Below the pieces are notes generated by a model. The model worked only from the letters and a program-made list of their open reading frames with translations. It was not told the origin of the DNA and did no database searches. Both the position numbers and the translations under genes were made by a program. A DNA stretch of 64,000 nt from Oopsacas minuta. Lineage: Eukaryota > Animalia > Porifera. Positions 46,729 through 56,527 of this stretch are shown in pieces. Location: the NCBI GenBank assembly GCA_024704765.1, contig JAKMXF010000324.1, positions 248,001 through 312,000 of the forward strand, read 5' to 3'. The stretch's first letter is position 1; every line of letters starts with the position of its first letter.

Positions 46729-47994
46729 ATGGCTACTATACAGAAACCTAATTTTATCGAACAAGTAAAAGAGAGTAGAAAGAAGATTAGAGACTGCTTC
46801 AAGAGGTCGCATGAAGCTCTACAACTCAGAGAGAGTATCCTCCTCTCTCATATTGATCAAATCGAGAAAGATTATAATATCAAAAATCAGGAAGTGAATA
46901 CATTGCTAGAGACTTTGAATAAAGAAATAACACACACCGCAGAGACATTCTCCGCAAATAAACTCACTGACGTTCATCAAATAATTCAATCGACTATTAA
47001 CAAGAAGATAACAGAACTAACAGCTGATACAGACAGTAGTATTGAGTTTGAATGGAACAATCAATTCGAGACTGACATAGAACAGCTAGGGAGTATTAAG
47101 CTTAACAGTCAGACTAACATATCTCCCACCCGCACCTTCCCTCCTCAAGTGAAGCCTGTTGTACCTGACTACAAGGCTAAACAGCTGCCTACTGCTTACT
47201 GCTGTAAGAATTCAGGCAAGAAAGCTCCAGGAGAACTGAGCGGTCCCAGATGTATAGCAGTACATTACCAAACTGGAAACATTTACATAGCGGATTGTAG
47301 CAACGATCGTGTACAAGTATTTAGCTGTAACGGTGACTATCTCTTCATGTTCAGTGAGAAGATGAACCGACCAGTAGGTATCTGTATAACTCAGAATAAA
47401 GTGTTTGTTACACAATGGCATGGTCATTACATTAATAAGTACGAACTAGAAGGGAAACTAATCAAGAGTGTTGGTAGTTATGGGAATGGAGAAGCTCAAT
47501 TCCACGGTCCACACGGTCTAGATGTCTCTGATAGAAATAGCAATGTGTATGTATGTGATTCTTATAATAACAGAGTTCAAATCTTAACTGAAGAACTCAA
47601 GTTCCATTCCATACTAGGAATAGACTTGTTTGAGTATCCATGTGTCGTTAAGGTTACAAGAGACAGAGTATTGGTGCTAGATAAGAGTGATCCGTGTATG
47701 TTTGTGTTCAATTCAGATCACGTTCTAACCAACAGACTGATAACTAGAGGTGATGGCGAACAAATAAACAATCCATATTGTTTCGACATAGACAGAGACT
47801 ATAACATCATTATGAGTGATAACAGTAATCACTGTGTATACGTATTCAATCAGGAGGGAGAACAGATACACAAGTTTGGGAAGCAAGGTCAGGGTATCGG
47901 GGAGTTCTATTATCCCTGGGGAATAGCATTAGACAACACAGGACATATTATAGTTGTGTGTCAGAAGGATACTAATTGTCTACAATTCTTCTAA
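46729..47994 (+). CDS. Coiled coil - NHL repeat protein, paralog 2
   Basis: Colinear with 38512-39780 from NFIEQVKESRKK to the stop codon; six NHL blades. Confidence 0.9.
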   Translation: MATIQKPNFIEQVKESRKKIRDCFKRSHEALQLRESILLSHIDQIEKDYNIKNQEVNTLLETLNKEITHTAETFSANKLTDVHQIIQSTINKKITELTADTDSSIEFEWNNQFETDIEQLGSIKLNSQTNISPTRTFPPQVKPVVPDYKAKQLPTAYCCKNSGKKAPGELSGPRCIAVHYQTGNIYIADCSNDRVQVFSCNGDYLFMFSEKMNRPVGICITQNKVFVTQWHGHYINKYELEGKLIKSVGSYGNGEAQFHGPHGLDVSDRNSNVYVCDSYNNRVQILTEELKFHSILGIDLFEYPCVVKVTRDRVLVLDKSDPCMFVFNSDHVLTNRLITRGDGEQINNPYCFDIDRDYNIIMSDNSNHCVYVFNQEGEQIHKFGKQGQGIGEFYYPWGIALDNTGHIIVVCQKDTNCLQFF

Positions 47995-48184
47995 CTGACT
48001 TTAGTATTTAGAATTTGTGATTGCTATGAAGGCTATGATACTTTAGTTCCCTTTATTCATATTGCTTGATATTGCGTATTAGCTAAATATTTGTATTTCC
48101 AATTGTTACTTTAATACACAACAATTTTAGGCTATTATTTGCCCAAAAAGCACAAACTCTCTCTCTCTATATTTTTAATAGTGT

Positions 48185-49930
48185 ATGGGTCAAGATAATT
48201 CTACACAACAAAATCCAATCACCACTCCTGACAACCACACAATCCTGAATAACTCACAATGGCATAGCTACACACAAACTAAATCAAATCTCACAAACAA
48301 ACCTGGAACAATTTTCACACACAAATACACTTCGCCACAATCCTGGCAAGAAACTATTAATTATCTAAAATATATAAGAACATTACGTCATCCAAATATA
48401 CTCAAATACTCCTCATCTTATACAATACCAAATGACCGTATTGAGCTAATAATATCCCCTACCATATCTCTCACACAATTCATCCCTCACTGCTCAAAGT
48501 CAAATACAATTCAGGGTATACGTGAGCTTGTATCGGCTATATTATTCTTACATGATTCAGCTAAAGTCTGTCATCTGGGTATTTCTGTTGGAGAAGTATT
48601 TATCGATAATTTTAATGGTTGTTGGCTTTTGGGAGGATTTGGATTAGCTCGTAAAATAGTGTCCACTGTGAATAATGAGATATTATCATTGGAAAAATTC
48701 AATTTATTGAAGAAGCAGTTAAACGAAGACGAAGCAGAACTTACGAATTGTACAAGTATTGATGTGTGGTTGTTTAAGCAGTTTATTGATGACGTCATTG
48801 AAGCGACAAAGTACAATTCATTGCTAGAAGATTTGCTCGATTGGTTAGATACAAATTGGTTTGAATTGCAATTTGAGGATATTTTAAATCACGAAACTCT
48901 GAATAATTCCGTAACAGAAACAATTGAAATGTTGACGAATATTTCTATAATGGATCGACATGCGAAAAGGAAATTTCTAGAATCGCTACCCTCGCGATTA
49001 AACACACTTGACGAATCTGTTTTGGCGTTCAGAATAACTCAGCTAATATTTTCAACACATTTGTACATGGAACAACTTGTCAGGAATAATATTATCCCAT
49101 TATTGCTAATCCCAAAATGTAAAAAGTTCTCAAAGGAAATATCAGGAAATCAGGAATATATCCTGAATGCTCTTATCACAGAGGACACATACAAACAATT
49201 CATAGTTCCGCTTATCATACGATTATTCGCTAAACAAGAATTACAATTGAGAGTAATTCTATTAAAATACTTCAAATATTTTATTTATTTATTTTCATAT
49301 CAACAACAAACATTGATACATTCACATATAATTTTGGGGCTGAGAGATTCTAGAGAGGAATTGGCTAAACTCACATTTTTCGCTTTAGGAGAGTTGACGA
49401 GTTATATGGGAGTACGGGGCGTCACTGGCAAAGAGGTGCGTCCCATTTTCACAGACGTACGACCAAGAGATTATCAATTAACAGTGTCAAATAATGACGT
49501 AATCGATAATAATATTAATCACATGGATGTTATGCAGCCAATTGAACAAAATTCTGCGAATACAGCAAATGTACAAATATCTTGCGAAAACGAGTTATCA
49601 GATTTTTTTGAAAATGAGACAAAACAACAGGAAAATATTGAATGTTATAATATTGAAAACCTGAATGAAGCTGATTTACTCTCTGAATTAAGGAAACCAA
49701 AATTCCATCTCGGGAAGAGAGAGAACAACTTCCCTGAACCTGAAACGGACGAATTATTATTAGTTACAGACGACTCTCATAAACAAACCCTCCTCGAATT
49801 AAGTCAATTGAATTCTCTTCCAAATAATCCTATTGAGAATGGAATAGACAATCTAACAGATATAGAGTTAGATTCTAATACAGATAATGGCAAACCTGAA
49901 ATAGCATGGGAAGATTGGGATCCCTTTTGA
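48185..49930 (+). CDS. SCYL3: SCY1-like pseudokinase 3 (PACE-1)-like, intronless
   Basis: MG start (possible myristoylation), RTLRHPNILKY, a degenerate kinase domain, HEAT-like region LRVILLKYF...LGLRD and an acidic tail. Confidence 0.8.
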   Translation: MGQDNSTQQNPITTPDNHTILNNSQWHSYTQTKSNLTNKPGTIFTHKYTSPQSWQETINYLKYIRTLRHPNILKYSSSYTIPNDRIELIISPTISLTQFIPHCSKSNTIQGIRELVSAILFLHDSAKVCHLGISVGEVFIDNFNGCWLLGGFGLARKIVSTVNNEILSLEKFNLLKKQLNEDEAELTNCTSIDVWLFKQFIDDVIEATKYNSLLEDLLDWLDTNWFELQFEDILNHETLNNSVTETIEMLTNISIMDRHAKRKFLESLPSRLNTLDESVLAFRITQLIFSTHLYMEQLVRNNIIPLLLIPKCKKFSKEISGNQEYILNALITEDTYKQFIVPLIIRLFAKQELQLRVILLKYFKYFIYLFSYQQQTLIHSHIILGLRDSREELAKLTFFALGELTSYMGVRGVTGKEVRPIFTDVRPRDYQLTVSNNDVIDNNINHMDVMQPIEQNSANTANVQISCENELSDFFENETKQQENIECYNIENLNEADLLSELRKPKFHLGKRENNFPEPETDELLLVTDDSHKQTLLELSQLNSLPNNPIENGIDNLTDIELDSNTDNGKPEIAWEDWDPF

Positions 49931-49954
49931 TATTAATAATTCCAATATCTTTAT

Positions 49955-49982
49955 GTTGTTGTTGTTGTTGTTGTTGTTGTTG
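49955..49982. repeat. (GTT)n microsatellite
   Basis: Read directly from the sequence. Confidence 0.9.
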
Positions 49983-50012
49983 ACATAATATATTAACAAA
50001 TGGAGAATATAT

Positions 50013-50339
50013 TACAGTGGCTCTTGTTAATGACAAACTTGTTTCAGCTCCACATGATGTCCGTCTAAGCATGCGGACCGGTGGTGTTTCATACTCATTA
50101 TTGTATGACGTTATCATAATACAAAGTGGACTAAAATTCATTAAATATTTCTACTTCTAAATATGTTAATTAAGCGTGTTAAAGGCGGTCTGTTACTTCT
50201 ATTCATCCGTTAGTTAGTAAATATATTGTGTAGTTGAATTTCCCTGATCAAAGGGTGAAATAATGACAATATTCATGAGGCAGGTAAACTTGATGGCGGC
50301 GGTGGAGCTGAACAAGTTTCTAACTAACAGTGGCCACTA
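50013..50339. mobile_element. MITE family B (approx. 40-bp imperfect TIR with core AAACTTGTTTCAGCTCCAC)
   Basis: Inverted ends. The internal ~170 bp is nearly identical to 20620-20787. Confidence 0.8.
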
Positions 50340-50387
50340 TAGTAAAGATTTATTGTATTTTCATGATCCCTCTTCTAGCATTCACTA

Positions 50388-53148
50388 ATGTTCTCGCCTA
50401 CAACCACACCAGCATCTCAATTCAACATCAAACAAATACTATCAGAAGATACTATCTCAGCTAGGATAGACTCTCTAACCAAGTTCTTCACACAAGCTGT
50501 ATTAAGAGAACAACATGCTGCTTTCCCTGTTATCCTAGCTAATATATTTGGGTACGATCACACACAGGGATGGGGATTAACAAAATTGACCCCTACATCT
50601 GATCCTGTCACACATCGTGTGGTTAGTAGCTTCATAGAGCCAGGCGGTATTCTATTTAACCTTACAGGGAAATTAGAGCAAGCTAACATGTACTATGAAT
50701 TTCCTCTCATCTGCTTACCACCTCCCTCACAATCAAGTATCCTATCGCCGGTAAAATTCACTCTTGATTTCTATAACAACAAGCTCCCTCAATTACCTCC
50801 AGGTACTCTCCCTTCACAGCTTAAGTTAAGAGCTTATGATTTCTTCTTTTTCCATTTTGCGTATTTCTTAATATACTCACAGCACTTGACTCATATTAAT
50901 CCATCCCCTGGCGCTTCATGTGTTTGGGCATCCATATCAACTTGTCTGTACACGTCCATGCTTGAGGCGTATCTCAATCATTTCCTACCGCTTCAGGCTG
51001 TTAAGAATCGGTCTAGTCCTGTACACAGTATGTTCTCCTCTCCTAATAGACACAAACACTCCCCTTCAGCTAAAATAAGACAAAATACATCGCTTCTTAA
51101 CTTAGAAATGCTAACAGAGTCACCGTATAAATCTAACAGTACTGCTGTAGAGTTACAGGTTGTTAGAGAAGCTGGTGGACTAGGAATGAGGTTCTTGGAG
51201 ACTCTGGTTGAGTTCTGGCTTAGACAGGTGGAATCTTCTAGTCCTCTGGAGAATTTCTTTGGTAAGTTATTTACGTAATTTACTTAACGGAATATATATA
51301 CCGTATAACTTGGATAAGACATACAAAATTTTGTATGTATTAACTGAGTTATACGAGTTTATTCCGGTTAATCGGGTAAAAATGGCCCCCCCCGAAGTGA
51401 CCTTTGATATCCTGTGGACCACCTACTGTCTGCGTTGGACTACCAAGGGAGTCAATGGACTCCAGGTTGTACTCTATATGTATACAAACTAATCCCATTT
51501 GTCAATAGGTAGAGGATCACAACAACACACACACTTCATGACAGAAGCACATGCTCGTTTCTCCCGTATCCTCTGTAAACATCTTCACTTCTGGACAGCT
51601 CTTAGTCCCGACCCACATTCCTCCCCATCCTCTCTATCCTATGTGGTTTTGAGACAGCCCTTATTCCAATTTCTACGCTACTGCATAGCTAATTGGCCGC
51701 AAGAACCTTCATTTCGTATGTTAGTAGAGTTATGGTTAACTCATATACAACCATGGAGATATGAGAATATTCAGAAGCAGGCTAAATCAGGTCATGCTAC
51801 TAATGAGTGCTTAAGTGGGAAATGGTTTGATTTCGTGTCTACTAATCTGCCTTTCTACTCTACTCTATTTTTGGGTGAGTGAGTGTTTTTTTATCGTAAA
51901 CGGAAATCGCACATAACAATTCGTCGAGATTTCCCATTCAGAGGTTTTCCGAGTATTCGTCTTAGATGAGTCATTAACTGTATTATATAACTCACTACTT
52001 TAGAGTTTCTTCCACGAGCATTCAGACTTAACCTAACTCACAACAGAGACGTGACTGTCCTCTCCCGAGTCATGCGTGTATTCTCACAACCTGGTCTACC
52101 CCAGATGATCAAACAGGCAGAAGGAATGCTAGCTGACTCTAGACTAACCTCACATAGGTCTAGGATATCTCCTGAGAAGTATGACCTTCAGATTCATATA
52201 GTAGACCTGATTTGGAATATGAATACATTCACACCCATGATGACGCTATCTACTATACAGGTGAATATTTATTTTCATATTATTCGTATAGGATTATCCC
52301 TTATAGAAATGTATACAGTAAATCTCGAACAAAATATCGTAATTGACTGACAATTATTCAATTCATTCATATAGGCAGTAGAAGAAATACGTAAATCAAT
52401 TGACAACATGGTATGCGGCCTTCCGGATGAATTCAATGATACAATTAAAGGCGAGGGTATTCTATCTCGGTTAAGACAATGGATGTCTAAATTTGTAGAA
52501 GTAGAAGAGGATGATGATGACATAATAGTTAATGGTGATAAACCCGATAAGACTAAACTTAAACAAACTCTCCAACAGTGTGTACACTATTTTGACTGTT
52601 TATTTGAAACTAGCAACCAATCTTTGCTAAAGAATGAGCTAGATTCTACGCTAAACGATAGTAGAACATCTCCAATACAAAATAGTGAAGTTTTGAACCG
52701 TAAAAGTTTGAATGAAAATCTTATGAATAATACTCAAAATATATTGAAGTTGAATTACATGGGAGATCCTGTGTTGAGAGCTATACAACCACATGAAAGT
52801 AAATTCTTGTGTAGAAATTTACACAAGTTATCGCTGTATCTTAACCGAAAATTCGAACCTCAGTTAGCGTATGTTTCAGTGAATGAAGATTTATTGATTT
52901 CGCAGTTCGCGAGTTTGTTTCTTAACGAGAGGCCGCCTCCAAGTCCGTTTGAACGTCCTGGAGAGTGTGGAATGCCGCGATTACGTATAAACCTACGGCC
53001 TTTCTCTTCTTACAAAACTCTAGCTCTTATATTTCTCTTCTATTGCATGCCTTACTTGTGTGGAATCACTTCATTTCAGTCTATCCTATTATCCCTGATC
53101 ATTTTAGCTAGTTTTGTCTCTTTACCACTCATTTTATTCAATAAATAA
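50388..53148 (+). CDS. SMPD4: Sphingomyelin phosphodiesterase 4 (nSMase3)-like; exons approx. 50388-51261, 51509-51874, ~52003-52260, 52376-53148
   Basis: YDFFFFHFAYFL, YLNHFLP, LRQPLFQFLRYCIANWP...SFRMLVELWLTHIQPWRY, GDPVLRAIQPHE, RINLRPFSSY and a C-terminal TM anchor. Confidence 0.88.
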
Positions 53149-53694
53149 TAAGAATATGTAATTTGTTGAATTTTGCTTAATTAAAGGATTTTCTAAACCA
53201 GAAAACTAGCGTATTTTACACAAAAATTGTTAAGTTTATTTGATTTGTTATAATTCAGAGAATGTTTTGTCGAAAAGTTAGCTTTAGTTATATACAGATT
53301 CTGATTAACGGCCAGGTATCCCGATAATCAAATTCTCTAATAAATTATTGACACAACTATGATCAAAAACAATCAAATCTAAGATCTTACGAAATTCGTC
53401 CGAAAAAAGGCCAAATTGGAACCTCAAATTAGCTTTGTAATTGCTTTTACTTGCAACGTGACTCGAAAATAGAGAAAATGGAAAAGAATTCCAAGTATTT
53501 GCAATTCAGCTTTTGCCAGAACATTTCCTTAACGATGATGCAACACTAAATAAGTCAATTAATAAATGATTCTATTTATTTATGAGATTTCTCTTTTCGA
53601 CATTTATTAGATCAAATGAAAATCCCTTTTCTTTACCTATTTTCTTAATATTGGCTGTATAAAATCGAATTTTTATCTTTTCAGCCATTTTAAG

Positions 53695-55904
53695 ATGAGT
53701 GCCTGTGTCCCTGTGAATGAATCTGTCGAGATGGTGACCCCCAAGACCTGCCCCCGCCTCGTTCCGGAGAAAATGCCGCGTAGACTTGTCAGTAGCGAAC
53801 TCAAACCGCAGCCTTATACTAAAGCGAAGTCAACCAAAGTTCCAAAACTCCCCGTGCCTACACTAAATAGGTCACATAGTGCATGCCACGATTTGAAGCA
53901 CAAGGAGACTGGGTCTAAACGAAAAGAGACGTCTCCTCTCTCCAACAGCTGTCGAACAGAATCCGCAAGTTCTCTCTTGGATTCTGGAATGCTTTCTACA
54001 AGTTTGTGTGATCTCTCTAAGCAAGATAGAAGTAGCAAAGTGAGTTTAACTCTTCACATATTTCCAAAATAATTTATCTTTTCACGTATTTCTATAGAAG
54101 GTAAAGCGTAAATTGAATATGGACGATAAAGCTAATTGCTGTAGCTCCAGCTCTCTCAGTGATGTACCAGATCTCAATTCTAGAGGTAATAACCGCGCTA
54201 TATTTCCTTTTACTTGCATACAATCAACCCCGTTATATCGAACGCGGATATATCGAAACACCCGCTTACATCTAAGACAGAAATCGGATAAATATTTCAT
54301 CGATTAGATCGAACTCTGCTTGTATCTGATGAATTATCGCGGTCCCTTGAGCTTCGATATATAGGGAGTTGACTGTATTGTATATTTTGAATCTGTTCAT
54401 TGGAAATTTATTTAGAGTCATGGCCTGATCACTACAAACAAGGATGTGGTACTCCTAGTACTTTACAAGATCAGACTAGACAATTCATCATAGAGACTCT
54501 ACACTCTCCTACACCAGAGATTGATGTTAATCTCATAGAACGGAATCTTAATATGCCAAAGAGACGTGTATACGATATACTGGGAGTATTAGAGGGGATA
54601 GGATGGGTAAAGAAATCTGAGAAGAATAAATACGCTTGGTTGTAAGTTATTGAATACAATAGAACTAGCATAAGACCTCTTCGGGAAACAAAACTAGTAC
54701 GTACTATAATTGGCGACCAGTTTAGGATACAAATTCAAACCTGAGGGAAGGTCCACCACATGCAAAATTGCTGCTACTTCTCTGTAATTTTCAGACTTCC
54801 CAGGAACCCAAAGCGTGACACTTTGAAATTTCTAATTAGCGCGCGATTATATGCATAAGATTCTAAGATTTCTTGTTACGTAACTTTTTGAACGGAAAAA
54901 CATATTGAAAATTTCCATTTTTGTAAACTGTTGTACTTTCTACAATTCATCAGGAGTGAAGTAGCTGTTCGTATGGAGACAGCTAGGAAGAGAGTAGTAT
55001 TTCTTGAGAATGAAACTAAGAGGATAGATGGTATGATACTTGATGCTGAAAAGTATCTGACAGATATGTTTAGTGATGAACCTGCTTCAGATGAATTCAC
55101 TCAGTTAGTTAATATTTCTGAATCTTTGCGAGTTTCTTTTATAGTAAGTACAGTGGAAATATTTTCAATGATTATTGGTACAGGTTAAGAGTTACTTGAA
55201 ATTGACATTTATGGATGTAAAATTGGATATCCAGTGAATTCGTCAAAAAATATTGGGGGTTGGGAAGCCAAGGCCAAACCCCAGTCTGTCCGTTCCGACG
55301 ACCTGAGGCGGGCTCGAGCCGTGCTTTCAACCTTTTCCCCTTCGAAACTACCAATTAATACTCCTGAATACGGTTAACTAATGTATCTTATAGATTCCGT
55401 AACAATCTGTATTTAACTGAAGAAGACATAGCACAGACAGAAGATCTAACAAAGAATCTTATTGCTGTCAGGACTAATAATCCAAATTTGAGGATTGAGA
55501 TCCCTGAAACGAAAGAGGTTAGATACATGTTACTTTGATATGGTGGGAGTAGAAGGTATATTCAATTAATTACATCTGTTCCTTCACAGGGCTATGAGCT
55601 TATACTACACAGTGAGAGTACTCCCATAGAAGCATACACAATATCACCAGACGGTAACTTCACGTCAATAGCTGATTCATCATACAACGCATACAGCAAC
55701 CCAATCGCTAACCCTTACTCACATAACTTCGATCCTTTCTTCCAAGAATTCCTACGTTCCTCAGATAATAGCGAATACGAAGCACCGGATTACCTTTATG
55801 GAAGCAGTTTCTCAGATAATTTCGAAGATATTTATGCACATAATTTCTCATTATCAGAAATATTTGATTCAGGACCAGCTCGCATATCACAGACTCATGT
55901 TTAG
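53695..55904 (+). CDS. E2F: E2F-family transcription factor; exons approx. 53695-54039, 54098-54185, 54416-54641, 54954-55103, 55394-55517, 55590-55904
   Basis: Winged helix IDVNLIERNLNMPKRRVYDILGVLEGIGWVKK...YAWL, a coiled coil, a marked box (YLTEEDI...LIAV...ILHSESTPIEAY) and an Rb-binding-like tail DYLYG...LSEIFD. Confidence 0.85.
54219..54377. mobile_element. MITE family A copy in an E2F intron
   Basis: TACAATCAACCCCGTTATATCG ... CGATATATAGGGAGTTGACTGTA. Confidence 0.8.
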
Positions 55905-56527
55905 CTAGAGAGTACAAAAATCCGATATAACTCTCTCTTTTGATCACATTAGATTATAGAAATAAAGTTTTTACGTTCTCCGATCTATTTTTTCCATTTC
56001 TTGATCATGTATATTTAATTATAGCGCTTGGAAGGACAGTTTTCTATCTTTACTACTTTAATTCTATATACGTTTCATATTCGCACTCAGGTATTAAATC
56101 AATCAATAGCAATCACACATGTGTGGTACCAGTTATTTCAATGAAGTATAGTTTATTGGAAAATAAGAGATTTTGTTCTGTAATTGCTTTCAAATGTCAT
56201 TTACAAATTTCCCAATTGCTCTTCTCATGTTTACATTTATTTGAGAAGTTGTATCACCCCATCCCATAGGTTGAAATGTGTGTTCTGAGATCGTGTGGAC
56301 CACCAAGGGGGTCATTGCGATCCCTGTTTGGGAAGCGTTATTCTAAACTCTCACAAATACGAAATTCCAAATAATTATATTTGCACACAATTGTCTTACA
56401 ATCCTATATCTAAGAATTACTCTTGATTATTCCTACACGGAAATGGAGTAACCTTACTTTAGCTAATACGAATGGTATAAATACGGTCCCTTGGTTACTT
56501 ATGTTTACTGTTGATTAATAACTAGCA

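Noticed and set aside
38512-47994. Diversity-generating retroelement (template/variable repeat) as the explanation for the NHL pair
   Set aside because: Differences are not adenine-specific (e.g. TGT/GGT, CGT/TGT, GCA/CCA), both copies are full ORFs, and no reverse transcriptase is present in the window.
49875-50141. Poly-Gln-containing ORF on the - strand
   Set aside because: The Q-run is the (GTT)n microsatellite and the remainder is a family B MITE.
31974-53148. Two sphingomyelinase-like genes (EEP and SMPD4) as a lipid pathway cluster
   Set aside because: They have unrelated folds, lie 18 kb apart, and the EEP substrate is unproven. Coincidence is sufficient.
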